Positions 36,291-49,359 of a stretch of DNA of 54,884 nucleotides are shown here, piece by piece. The position numbers and the translations under genes are program-made. Each line of letters opens with the position of its first letter. The first letter of the stretch is position 1. The stretch is from assembly GCF_001194135.2 (NCBI RefSeq), contig NC_069005.1, forward strand, positions 26,721,299-26,776,182. Reading direction: 5' to 3'. The notes beneath the pieces were generated by a model. The model was not told the DNA's origin, made no database searches, and saw only the letters and a list, made by a program, of their open reading frames with translations. The DNA comes from Octopus bimaculoides (taxonomy: Eukaryota).

Positions 36291-36939
36291 TTCAATACGC
36301 CCAGGCCTAATGACAATTAGGTCCCCTACATGATCCCAGTCATTGACAGTTTGTTGTCTCATTGACTCAATATATTCATTTGCCAAAATAGTTCACATCC
36401 ACCATGCTGCATCCCATGATTCCAATATACTCAGGCGGTTATATGTTAGTTAACATATAACTAACATATGTCAGTTGGGACCTTGGTGGATGCAACTACT
36501 CTGGGTCAGAGTAGACCCGAGAACAATTAGAGGCTAAGAAGTGGTTCCACACTCCTCAAAACCCAGGGACTCCCAAACCAAAGTCCCATGACCAGATGCA
36601 GTTAAAAATCACATCCTGATCTGTCTCACAAGACCAGTGACTATACAAGGAAATTAATTGAATTCACTGCTCTAATCCCATCCTTTGTGATGGTAGGGGA
36701 GTTTGCATGATTCTGTAATCCTGAGAGCTATACTGGAAAGGAATTTAACTTCCTTGACAGACATATCAAAACCACCACAGCAAAAGTCACTGTCAAATGC
36801 AAGAGATACAACCTGAGACTGAGTGAAATACAATGGTTCAAAGTAGGATAACTGAGGCTTTTGACAAGTGAATTAGTGCTTAGTAGCAGACACAATACAG
36901 AGATCAAGTGACACTTGATTGAACACAACATTAGAAGGC

Positions 36940-37150
36940 CCCAGCAAAACGTCGTCCATGGTAATCTCTCTGGGGGATTATCTTGGATTAAAGGAAAGGA
37001 AGAAGGTTCCTCGAACACCTGGTAACATTGCAAAAGGAAGTGAGAAAATGTGGATGGAACTGGAGACAATTGGAATGGAAGACCCAGGACAGAGATGAGT
37101 AATGGGAGATCATTGATGGCCTATACTCCTTGGAGAGGCATAGGACATCA
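36940..37150 (+). mobile_element. Degraded RTE LINE 3' end
   Basis: Resembles the GRPRNTW..AQDR..W..VDGLYS terminus, with frameshifts. Confidence 0.55.
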
Positions 37151-37338
37151 ATGATCATCATCTCCCATAATGAACCTCAAACCAAGCAAAATAAACCAAT
37201 GCTACAAAATATTAAAGAACACAGAAATAGATAGAAGAAATAGGGTTAGAGCTAAATAGGCTAATAGTGACATAGGGTTATGGTAAAATAAAAATAAAAG
37301 GGATCAGTGGCATCTAGTGGATGAGAACAAAGTCTTAC

Positions 37339-37396
37339 CTTCTCCAATCTAACTTCCAGTAGTTCGATATCATTTTCAGCATCTTCGAGGGAAGCT
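37339..37396 (-). CDS. ACAP: ACAP/centaurin-beta ArfGAP, internal coding exon (BAR domain start), 58 nt, phase 2 to 0
   Basis: Polypyrimidine tract tctttttcttttctttgatttcag, then exon, then gtaaga. Translates xASLEDAENDIELLEVRLEK, compared with human ACAP2 RAALEEVEGDVAELELKLDK (recalled). Joins in frame to the next exon. Confidence 0.93.
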
Positions 37397-38313
37397 CTGA
37401 AATCAAAGAAAAGAAAAAGAATTAAGTAACAGTAATTAATAATAAATTAATCATTATCATTCTTAGAGTTCAAATATACATCAATTCTTATAGAAGAAAA
37501 ATCAGCCTTATGCTCAGACAGAAATAAAAAACAAAAATGTTTCAGGTTGTTTATATCTATTGATGTTGAACCGTAACTAGAAAGAGCACCCGGCTGTAGA
37601 AACCAGGTTAAAGCAGAGATTGGAGTTCAGCACAGTCCTTCGGTTTGTCTGTTCATGNNNNNNNNNNNNNNNNNNNNNNNNNNNNNNNNNNNNNNNNNNN
37701 NNNNNNNNNNNNNNNNNNNNNNNNNNNNNNNNNNNNNNNNNNNNNNNNNNNNNNNNNNNNNNNNNNNNNNNNNNNNNNNNNNNNNNNNNNNNNNNNNNNN
37801 NNNNNNNNNNNNNNNNNNNNNNNNNNNNNNNNNNNNNNNNNNNNNNNNNNNNNNNNNNNNNNNNNNNNNNNNNNNNNNNNNNNNNNNNNNNNNNNNNNNN
37901 NNNNNNNNNNNNNNNNNNNNNNNNNNNNNNNNNNNNNNNNNNNNNNNNNNNNNNNNNNNNTTTTTTAATACATGTTTTACCTGTGAATTTGCGTGTGTAA
38001 ATTGGGAATGCATACGAGTTTCTCTGCCCTAGGTGTACGGAAAACACTCGGCGAGAAATGGAAGAAAATTTGAAGAAAGAAGAAAAAAAACAACATAATA
38101 ATAATAATAATATCTACACCAGTTATAAATATGAAAAATGGTAGTAAAAAAAAATATATTTAAAATGCAAAAATATAAAGGGAAAAAAGCTAAGTAGGAA
38201 ATAGCAAGAAAAAAAAGACAAAGAAAACTGAGAACCGTTTGTTTCGTAAGGACCACACAGCTATATGGCCACCCCTACCTACTCATGCATGTGAGAGAAA
38301 TAGAGAGAGAGAG

Positions 38314-38354
<41 letters not shown>

Positions 38355-38519
38355 ACACATGTGTGTGTATGTGTGCATGCATGCATGAAAACCCAACAAA
38401 ATAGCATGTTTACTGCAAAGTCAACAAATATACGCGAGAGAACCTTTACGTCTGTAAATAGATATCCTTCTTAAACTGGCAACAGTTGTTGAAATCATTA
38501 TAGCAAACCAATATGTATT

Positions 38520-38670
38520 GACACTGCCAAGCTTAACTTTGCCTTTGATGTTTCTGGGTCAATAAAATAGAGAACCAGTCATATACTGGGGTCAATGTAA
38601 CAGACTGTTGCCCTCCCCACAATTTCAGGCCTTGTGCTTACAATAGACAGGATTAGGATTATTATTATTG

Positions 38671-38705
<35 letters not shown>

Positions 38706-38942
38706 GTTGTTATTATTATTATTATTATTAAGGCGGTGAGCTGGCTGAATTGTTAACACACTGGGCAAAATGTTTAGTGGGATTTCATCAGACTTCACGT
38801 TCTGAGTTCAAATTTCACCAAGGTCAACTTTGCCTTTCATCCTTCCCTGGTCGATAAAATAAGTACCAGTTGAATACTGGGGTCGATGTAATCGACTAAT
38901 TGCATCCCCCAAAATTGCTGCCCTTGTGGCAAAATTTGAAAC

Positions 38943-38979
<37 letters not shown>

Positions 38980-39431
38980 TAAGGCAGTGAGCTGACAGAA
39001 TCGTTAGCAGCCTTTTGTGTCTTTACATTACGATTTCAAATGTGGCTGGGGTCGACTTTGTCTTTCATCCTTTTGTTTTGGGATTTAATAAAATAAGTAC
39101 CAGTTGAACACTGGAGGCGATGTAATCAACTTACCCTACCCCTACAAATTGCTGGCCTTGAGCCAAAATTTGTAACCATTATTATTATTATCATCATCAT
39201 CACCATTATTATGGCTGAGAGCCGGCAGAATCATTAACATGCCAGACAAAATGCTTGATGGCATTTTTTCTAGCTCTTTACATTCTGAGTTTAAATGCTG
39301 CCAAGGTCAACTTTGCTCTTTCTCCGTTTTGGAGTTGATAACTTTAGCACTGGGGTTGATGTAATCAACTAGTCCCACCTCCCCTAAAACATTGGAGATT
39401 TTGTACCCATAGCAGAAAGAATTATTATTGC

Positions 39432-39494
<63 letters not shown>

Positions 39495-39620
39495 TACTAA
39501 GGCAGTGAGCTGGCAGAATCATTAGCATGCTGGCTGAAATGCTTAGTGGTATTTCATCCATCTTTATGTTCTGAGTTCAAATTCCACCGAGGTCAACTTT
39601 GCCTTTCATCCTTTTGGGTT
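38520..39620 (+). mobile_element. Head-to-tail train of about five family A SINEs joined by (ATT)n
   Basis: aaggcRgtgagctggcagaa heads at about 38730, 38980, 39212 and 39500, each directly after an (ATT)n tract, plus a leading partial copy. Confidence 0.9.
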
Positions 39621-40910
39621 AAGGTGTTGCACTCACAATCTACCAACCGTGATTTCAATTTCTAGACCAGGTGATGTGTTGAGTTCTTAAGCAAAACACT
39701 TCATCTCACACTGCTCTGTGATCACTTCAACACCTGAGGTGTGGTACACTGTGCACCTGTTCAGACAATGTCAATTTGATAACAAGAGTGAGCTAATGTG
39801 TGGCACAAGCATTTGAACACTATAAACAAATCCTTTGTGCAGGTCATTCAGCAAAAGCTGAATGCTCATTTGTCATCTTCTACAAGAAAATCCATCACCA
39901 TCATCATTAAGATGGCAAGCTGGCAGAACTTATAACACCAGGCAAATAATGAACACACTAAACAATGTAGTCCTCGTTACATTATGCCTGAATGAAAGAC
40001 AGGAGGATCATTATTCTCTGATCATGCCCTTGCTGGATCCAAACTAACCCAGCGCTAACCAACAACAGCCAAATCTTCATGGAACAAAACCCTACTATTT
40101 TTTTTTTAAAAAGAACACATTAAACAATGCAGCCCTAGTTACACTGCCTGGATGAAAGGTGGAGAGGCCATTACTGAGACATCTTTGGTATTGCCTTTGC
40201 TGGACAAGAACTGGTCTGAGGCTGATCAGTAACAGCCAAATCTCAATCAAAGCAAATTGTACTGCCTTAAAAAAGGAAAGTCACATTGGTTTATGTATTG
40301 TTTTTTTTTTTGAAATGTTGGGTAGAAATAAAAAGCAGGGATGAGATGATCCCGGCTGGTATCTCTTTTACAGTATATCTGCTGAATCAGTGCTGATATG
40401 GGAACTAAACTGCTACAAATACAGCTAGCCAATGTGGGGGCTTCTACTTCATCATTCAACAAGCTGAAAGTAACTAAATCTTCACATCACTCCCTGCTCC
40501 AATATCTTAATGCAGGAAAGATAAACTAGATAATGCAGTTAAAGATTCTTCTTGAAAAGTAGGTATGGCCATAGCTGGAATGCTTTTGGTAATAGATCTG
40601 CTTGTTCAGAGCTGATATGGGCCTAAACAACAACAACAATACTGTAATAAAAATTAGATAATGTCTGGATGCTGCTGACAACTGAAATACATTTTGTTGT
40701 AAGCTGCAATAGCAGGATTGATACAAGATTAAACAACAGTAACTACAGATGTAGGCCTGACTACGAGGTTAAGAAGCTGGATCCCCAACCATGTGGTCTT
40801 GGGTTCAGTCCCACTGCACAGCACCTTGGATAAGTCTTCTACTATGGCCCCAGGCCAAGAAAAGCTATGTGAGAGGACTTGATAGACAGAAGAGTGTGTG
40901 TGTGTCTGTG

Positions 40911-41142
40911 TTATTTCTTTACTACCCACAAGGGGCTACACACTGAGGGGACAAACAAGGACAGACAAACGGATTAAGTCGATTATATCGAACCCAGTGC
41001 GTAACTGGTACTTATTTAATCGACCCCGAAAGGATGAAAGGCAAAGTCAACCTCGGCTGAGTTTGAACTCAGAACGTAGCAACAGATGAAATACCGATAA
41101 GCATTTCGCCGACGTGCTAACGCTTCTGCCAGCTCGCCGCCT
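40911..41142 (-). mobile_element. SINE A2 nested in the internal (TG)n of a family B SINE (about 40750-41610)
   Basis: Family B head at 40750-40905, body resumes at 41143. Confidence 0.85.
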
Positions 41143-41295
41143 GTGTGCATGTTTGTGCATGTGTGTGTGTGAATCTATAAGTGCATTTCTGTTTTTCCCC
41201 CTCCACCACCATGCGACAACCAGTGTTGCTTTGCTTATGTCCCTGTAACTTAGCAGTCCAGCATAATAGACTGATAGAATAAGAACCAGGCTTAA

Positions 41296-41514
41296 CCCCT
41301 TTAGCATTTAAACTAGCCATATCCAGCCCCCAAAAAATCTGTTTTATGTTCTAACTGGCCAGATCTGGCCTCTCACACCTACCCTACATTGTCATTCTAA
41401 AAATAAACAATCACATCATCAAAATCTACAAGCTATGAGATAACAGATGATTAATACAAAGCAATGTGAATAAATAAGCTTTACATTTGACAGATTAATC
41501 TGAATGCTAAAGGG
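41296..41514 (+). mobile_element. piggyBac-type MITE nested in the same family B SINE
   Basis: TTAA|cccctttagcatt...aatgctaaaggg. The right TSD is degenerate, and family B 3' sequence resumes at about 41520. Confidence 0.85.
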
Positions 41515-41777
41515 TGAGAAAACATAAGTATTGAAGCTGATTTGTTCGAGAGAACTCTTCAAGGTTGTGCCCCAGTATGGCCACAGTCACATGACAAGTA
41601 AAAGATAAGAAATAAAAATATGTGTTAAATAATGTTGTTTTAGATACATTATCTCTGTGAGTAAAAGCCACAAGACTCACAACCGGAATCACTTTAAGTC
41701 AAAAGTCCATTGGATCAAGGTTGACTTAATGATAAACAAGACACAAACACAAAGGAAGAAGTGCACGAAAATTGGAT

Positions 41778-41928
41778 AGGCGTGGTTGTGTGGTAAGAAG
41801 CTTGTTCCCAACCACATGATCCCTGGTTCGGTCCCACAGCGTGGCACCTTGGGCAATTGACTTCTATCATAGCCTCGGGCTGGCCAAAGCCTTGTGAGTG
41901 GATTTGGTAGACGGAAACTGAAAGAAGC

Positions 41929-41987
<59 letters not shown>

Positions 41988-42176
41988 TCACCCCACCATC
42001 GCTTCACAACCAATGTTGGTGTGTTTATGTCCAAGTAACTTAGCTGTTCAACAAAAGAGGCTGATAGAATAAGTACTAGGCTTACAAAGAGTAAGTCCTG
42101 GGGTCAATTTGTTTGACAAAAAGACGGTGCTCCAGCATGGCCTAAGTCAAATGACTGAAACAAATAAAAGGATAAA
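41778..42176 (+). mobile_element. Full-length SINE family B (tRNA head, CORE-like box, internal (TG)n, 3' domain)
   Basis: A/B-box-like head, caccttgggcaa box, and gactgaaacaaataaaag end. Confidence 0.9.
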
Positions 42177-44530
42177 ATATAAATTATCTGAATAAAAGCT
42201 GCATTGCTTTTAACAGCAGATCCAATGGATCAGGGCTGACCTAGGGTCAAACAACAACATCATCGTCATCACCACCACCATCAGCAACAACAACATAAGG
42301 TTGTTAGCCCTTTGTCCATTCTGCACATCACATGTGAAACAAGACATATTTCTCTGGTGTCCATGCATCGTATGTAATACGCATTCCGGATTTTTTCAAA
42401 CCCCAAGAGTTAACTTGGGACTTATGACAGGAAAGCTTTATATTCACTCAGGATGTGTGAAACACCGGCGAACTAAGAGTCTGAAAAAAGCTGTAAAAAA
42501 GCTCTAAACAGAGACAGCTAGGACAAACTTATGAGAATGCTTTTGGACAGGTGAAGGGTTAAGCTAACGAGAGGTCTCAATATGATCACTCAACCTTGAC
42601 CTTTCAGAAATAACAGCTAAATCTCTCTTAAATCACATCACTGTCTTTAAGACAAGATACAACAGCAGGACTGCATAACATGCAAAAAAACAAAGCAAAA
42701 AAAAAAGAAGACAGAGTGGTTGGTCATGGCTAGAATGGCTTTGATCCAAAAAGTCTGTCTTTACACAATTAAGGCTGACCTGAGACTGAACTAATACAAT
42801 AACACAGGATTTTCTTTCAGACCTTAAAATTAACAAACAAAAATAACTGGGGACGATTTGTTCAACTAAAAAAAAAAACCTTCAAGGTGGTGCCCCAGCA
42901 TGGTCACAATCTAATGCCTGAAACAAAATATGAAATAGAAAAAAAAAACGAATAGCAAACAAGATAAAGAAAGGGAAGATAAATATACTAAATCTACTCC
43001 GTAGATATTAAAAGTTCTGCAAAAAATACTATTCACGCAACCATCCTATCTAATTTCTTGCTCTGTGAAAATATTTATTTGCTAATAGTTGGTCTCAATT
43101 TTATCAGTCCATCTGTCCATCAATCTTAGCAGTCAAGCACACACTTGAACACAGTTAAATATGCAGCATCATAAAACCAAAGAAGCAGTAGTAGCAGCAG
43201 CAGCAGCAGTAGCAATTAGAGGATTCCTACGCTCTCTCGCTCTTTCTCTCTGTCTCTCTTTCCTTCTGGTCTTTTAGATGACTTGTCATTGTCGTTGTTT
43301 CACAGACTTATTCAATTACAGTCAGCTTGGTGACTGGGTTTGTGTTGTGATGCGATGTGCTTCTGGGACCCAACCTTTTCCTTAATATTTTTTTCTTTGT
43401 TTTTTTTTTTTTATTCTTACTTCTGAAGTTCGAGGGTGTGTGTGTGTGTGGTGTTTGGTTTTGGGAAGAGAACAAAAAAGAGAGAGGTAGGGAGAGGAAA
43501 NNNNNNNNNNNNNNNNNNNNNNNNNNNNNNNNNNNNNNNNNNNNNNNNNNNNNNNNNNNNNNNNNNNNNNNNNNNNNNNNNNNNNNNNNNNNNNNNNNNN
43601 NNNNNNNNNNNNNNNNNNNNNNNNNNNNNNNNNNNNNNNNNNNNNNNNNNNNNNNNNNNNNNNNNNNNNNNNNNNNNNNNNNNNNNNNNNNNNNNNNNNN
43701 NNNNNNNNNNNNNNNNNNNNNNNNNNNNNNNNNNNNNNNNNNNNNNNNNNNNNNNNNNNNNNNNNNNNNNNNNNNNNNNNNNNNNNNNNNNNNNNNNNNN
43801 NNNNNNNNNNNNNNNNNNNNNNNNNNNNNNNNNNNNNNNNNNNNNNNNNNNNNNNNNNNNNNNNNNNNNNNNNNNNNNNNNNNNNNNNNNNNNNNNNNNN
43901 NNNNNNNNNNNNNNNNNNNNNNNNNNNNNNNNNNNNNNNNNNNNNNNNNNNNNNNNNNNNNNNNNNNNNNNNNNNNNNNNNNNNNNNNNNNNNNNNNNNN
44001 NNNNNNNNNNNNNNNNNNNNNNNNNNNNNNNNNNNNNNNNNNNNNNNNNNNNNNNNNNNNNNNNNNNNNNNNNNNNNNNNNNNNNNNNNNNNNNNNNNNN
44101 NNNNNNNNNNNNNNNNNNNNNNNNNNNNNNNNNNNNNNNNNNNNNNNNNNNNNNNNNNNNNNNNNNNNNNNNNNNNNNNNNNNNNNNNNNNNNNNNNNNN
44201 NNNNNNNNNNNNNNNNNNNNNNNNNNNNNNNNNNNNNNNNNNNNNNNNNNNNNNNNNNNNNNNNNNNNNNNNNNNNNNNNTGTGCATAATTATTTCTAAT
44301 ATGTTTTACAGCAAATGTCTTCTATTACAGCCCTGGGTCAATATTAAAGCATCAGGGATAGTTGTGTGGTGAGAAGCTTGCTTCTCAAACACATGGTTCT
44401 GTGTTCAGTCCCACTGCATGGCGCCTTGGGCAAGTGTCTTCTACTATAGTCTCGGGTCGACCAAAGCCTTGTGAGTGGATTTGCTAAACGGAAACTGAAA
44501 GAAGCCCGTCATATACATGTGTGTGTGTGT

Positions 44531-44568
<38 letters not shown>

Positions 44569-44789
44569 TTATGTTTGTCCCCATCACCACCACTTGACAA
44601 CCAGTGTTGGTGCGTAAACATCCTCCCAACTATCACACATATTTACACATGTAGAGTATATATAGTGATTTGAAAAGGAGTTGAGATCCAATCATAGGTT
44701 GTAGAGAAAAGCTGGAGAACTATAGCATTTGGCTGGACTAACTAGATTGATTTTATACTTATTCTTTCATCTAAGTAAATTGATACGTG

Positions 44790-45370
44790 GATTGGATTTT
44801 GAGATTAAACCACATTGATCTGAGATCTATTACCAACAACAAAGTGAACCGATTGGTAGACTGTGGTCTGAGACTGAACAATATTGATCTGGTACCTGCT
44901 ATTGACAGATACGTGAACTGATGGGTAGGCTGTGGTCTACGACTGAACCAGTTTGATCTAGTACCTATTCCTGTCATCTAGAGGTGATGGGAAGATTATG
45001 GTCTAAAACAGAACCAGCTTGACTTAGCATCTATTCCTGCCATTTAGAAAGGACAAATTAATTGACTAGGCTCTGATACAGAAACATAATGAGCTGCTAG
45101 ATGCTGCTGACAATTAGATAAACTAATTGGTCAACTGTGATCAGAGGCCGACTCACAGTGACGATGCATATGTTCTTGATCTAACATAAGAACCTAAACT
45201 GGATAGATTCCATGCCTATTTCTGTGACTGATAGACAGTGGTCTGGAACTGAACCACATTGATCTGGTATGTATTTTTGGCAGCTTAATGAACTGGTTGG
45301 TGGAATGAGGTTAAAAGATGAAGTGGCTTGATCTGATGCCACCCATTTCTGACAGCTAGATGAAGTAAGT
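44790..45370. repeat. Diverged ~66-70-bp tandem repeat, about 8 units
   Basis: Recurring tgtggtctgagactgaaccacattgatctggtacctatt at about 44862, 44931, 44997 and 45239. Confidence 0.8.
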
Positions 45371-45841
45371 CAATTATATAGACAGTTTTAGCCTGAATCA
45401 CAATAAAATGCCATCAATGAGTTTAAATCTTCTGTCACATACCAAAGTGTTCATTACATTATTAATTTATCAAGTTCACTACACTGTCTCTATACTAAAC
45501 AACATATCTCTAATTAAAGCTGTATGAGAATATTTCTTTTTGGCTTCATCTAATCTAATTAGAAGATTTACACTTCATATTGCCTTTCACTCTCTCTCTT
45601 TCTCTCTCCATTATTATTATTATTAGGGCAATGATCTGGAAGAATCGTCAGCACACCAGACAAAATGCTTAGCGGCATTTCGCCCGTCACTACGTTCTGA
45701 GTTCAAATTCTTCCAAGGTCAGCTTTGCATTTCATCCTTCCAGATTCGATAAATTAAGTACCAGTAAAACACTGGGGTCGATGTAATCGACCAATCCCCA
45801 CCCCCCACCAGATTTGAAGCCTTGTGCCTCCAGTAGAAAAG

Positions 45842-45894
<53 letters not shown>

Positions 45895-48800
45895 GTTTGA
45901 CTTTTCCTTTGTATTTGTACAAGTTGACTCCAAGTCTAACCCAAAGACCTCAAGAGACAACAATTTAGAAGTTCATGTTGGTGTTATGCCAAGGGTGTCA
46001 TAAATTTGGTTTTGTACATAGTATTGTTCTAGAGAATATTTAAGAAAACATAAGAAAATTATTATTATTATTATTATTACTACTATTATTATTATTATTA
46101 TTACTATTATTATTNNNNNNNNNNNNNNNNNNNNNNNNNNNNNNNNNNNNNNNNNNNNNNNNNNNNNNNNNNNNNNNNNNNNNNNNNNNNNNNNNNNNNN
46201 NNNNNNNNNNNNNNNNNNNNNNNNNNNNNNNNNNNNNNNNNNNNNNNNNNNNNNNNNNNNNNNNNNNNNNNNNNNNNNNNNNNNNNNNNNNNNNNNNNNN
46301 NNNNNNNNNNNNNNNNNNNNNNNNNNNNNNNNNNNNNNNNNNNNNNNNNNNNNNNNNNNNNNNNNNNNNNNNNNNNNNNNNNNNNNNNNNNNNNNNNNNN
46401 NNNNNNNNNNNNNNNNNNNNNNNNNNNNNNNNNNNNNNNNNNNNNNNNNNNNNNNNNNNNNNNNNNNNNNNNNNNNNNNNNNNNNNNNNNNNNNNNNNNN
46501 NNNNNNNNNNNNNNNNNNNNNNNNNNNNNNNNNNNNNNNNNNNNNNNNNNNNNNNNNNNNNNNNNNNNNNNNNNNNNNNNNNNNNNNNNNNNNNNNNNNN
46601 NNNNNNNNNNNNNNNNNNNNNNNNNNNNNNNNNNNNNNNNNNNNNNNNNNNNNNNNNNNNNNNNNNNNNNNNNNNNNNNNNNNNNNNNNNNNNNNNNNNN
46701 NNNNNNNNNNNNNNNNNNNNNNNNNNNNNNNNNNNNNNNNNNNNNNNNNNNNNNNNNNNNNNNNNNNNNNNNNNNNNNNNNNNNNNNNNNNNNNNNNNNN
46801 NNNNNNNNNNNNNNNNNNNNNNNNNNNNNNNNNNNNNNNNNNNNNNNNNNNNNNNNNNNNNNNNNNNNNNNNNNNNNNNNNNNNNNNNNNNNNNNNNNNN
46901 NNNNNNNNNNNNNNNNNNNNNNNNNNNNNNNNNNNNNNNNNNNNNNNNNNNNNNNNNNNNNNNNNNNNNNNNNNTCGATAAAATAAGTACCAGTTAAGCA
47001 CTGGGGTCGATGTAATCAACTTACCCCCTCCCCTATAATTGCTGGCCTTGTGCCAAAATTTGAAGCCATTATTAAGGTGGTGAAAAGCAGTGAGCTGGCA
47101 GAATTGTTAGCATGCTGGATGAAATGCTTAGCAGAATTTTGCCCATCACTATGTTCTGAGTTCAAATTCCGCTGAGGTTGACTTGCCTTTCAACCTTTTG
47201 GGATCGATAAAATAAGTACCAGTTAAGCACTGGGGTCGATGTAATCAACTTACCCCCTCCCCTAAAAATGCTGGCCTTGTGTCAAATTTTGAAATCAACT
47301 ACTTACTGGCTTATATAATGAGCCAACACTGAAGCAGTACTGTTTGATATGGAAAAACAAAAATATACATCAGAACCGTAAAGGAAATAGAGAGAGCAGA
47401 AGTGGGCGATTAAGAGATACAACTGTTCTGTTGATTCGCAATGACCCCCATCATCACCGCCACCACCACCACAACAACAACAACAACAACAACCTACACC
47501 ACAAATAGCTTCAATACACAAAGACTGCATTTTATTAAATACAACTTTGGTAGCAAAGAATTCATCCAGCCAGCCTCATTGGGTGAAAAGATCTCACTCA
47601 TTCTGTATTATAATGAAGTATTTGATGTAATCTATCCCTGGATGCTGGATTTACTATGCATAAGTCCTGGTCACGGCTTTAGACTGCATCCCAACAGTGG
47701 GACCCTGGTTCGAGAGTTCTAGGGTTTTTGAGAAGTGTGGAATAGCAGCACCTGTTAGGGTCTTAGTCATGGGTCAAATAACATATTGAGGCTTGCCTGC
47801 CTATGCATGTGAAGACTGGATCTGGTGGACCCTCCGGAAGAAACCCTCGTGGTTCAGCAGAGAGGAAGCAGTGGCTATGTGGTTGCTCATGGCTTAGTGG
47901 TTACGGTGTTGGACTCATGATCCTAAGATTGTGGTTTCAATTCCTGGACCAGGCAAAGCATTGTGTTCTTGAGCAAAACACTTCATTTCATGTTGCTCCA
48001 GTCCACTCAGCTGGCAAAAACGAGTAATCCTGCAATGGACCAACATCTTGTCCAGGTGGGGAATATATATGCCACAGAAACCAGGAAACCAGCCCTTTAT
48101 GAGTCAGTATGACTCAAAAAGGTAACTTTGCGTCTTTTTAAGAGATGGCTGCAGCAATGCATTGTAGAATGGTGAGAGCAAGATGAGGCAAGTGTTCTAT
48201 TATAACCCCGAGCCAACCAAGGTCATGTGAGTGGATTTGATTGACAGAAACTGAAAGTAACTTGTATGTGTGTTTGTAGTGGGAGTCTTTGTGTCTGTCT
48301 CTCTCCACCACTCCACAGCTGGCATTCATTTGTTTATATCCCAGTAACTTAGTAGTTCGACAAAAGAAACTGATAGAGTAAGTACCAGGCTTATAAAAAT
48401 AAGTACTGCAGTTGATTTGAAACATTTGAAGTGGTGCCCCAACATGACTGTTGTCCAACGATAAAATAATATATTTAAAAAAAACAAAAAACAGTATATA
48501 ATGTGAAATATAACATGTCTTGAATGGCACAAAAATGCAGAGTGGATTATAATAACTGTTATAATTTAAATATCCATAGTCTGATATAATATTTTGGAAT
48601 ATAACAATTCCTTCTTCAGATAGTGCTAGGAATTAATAGAGTCACTGCTATAATCGGTTTTAATAAACACACATTAAAACAAAAAGAACGAGTACACAAT
48701 GCATTATGTACAACTGATATTTCTTTGCAGGCAGTCAGTGACTTAAACGACCTTACTCAGGGTTTCATAGGTTTCAGATGCACATATCCTCATGCCAAGG

Positions 48801-49034
48801 AAACTTCACCAGCTTCCCACTTATAAAAACCTATGGGTGCTACTTTAGTGTGTGGCCTATTGTGGTATCCATAGCCTATACTGCGAAATTACCTGATCTG
48901 GGTTAGGATTAGGGTTAAGGATTAGAGTTACTGTTGGGTTGGTTTAGAGTTAAGGTTGAACTTTATGCTAAAGTGTAAAACGCAAGGTAGATCACATGCT
49001 ACTGTGTAAATGCACATGTAGATTGCATATCATC

Positions 49035-49359
49035 ATTGTCATCATCATCGTTTAACGTCCGCTTTCCATGCTAGCATGGGTTGGACGATTTGACTGAGGA
49101 ATGGAGAACCAGAAGGCTGCACCAGGCTCCAATCTGATCTGGCAGAGCTTCTACAGCTGGATGTCCTTCCTAACGTCAACCACTCCGAGAGTGTAGTGGG
49201 TGCTTTTATGTGCCACCGGCACAGTACTGGAAACGGCCACGCTCAAAAAGGTGTTTTTTACATGCCACCTGCACGGGAGCCAGTCCAGTGGCACTGGCAA
49301 CGACCTCGCTCGAATGATTTTCTAACGTGCCACCAGCACAAGTGCTAGAAGGCGACACT
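49035..49359 (-). mobile_element. Family F copy with internal tandem repeats, cut by a gap
   Basis: Collinear with 11070-11560. Confidence 0.9.

Noticed and set aside
48895-48960. Degenerate (GGTTAG)n telomere-like run
   Set aside because: Short and highly imperfect. Such runs are common inside non-autonomous elements and give no evidence of a fusion site.
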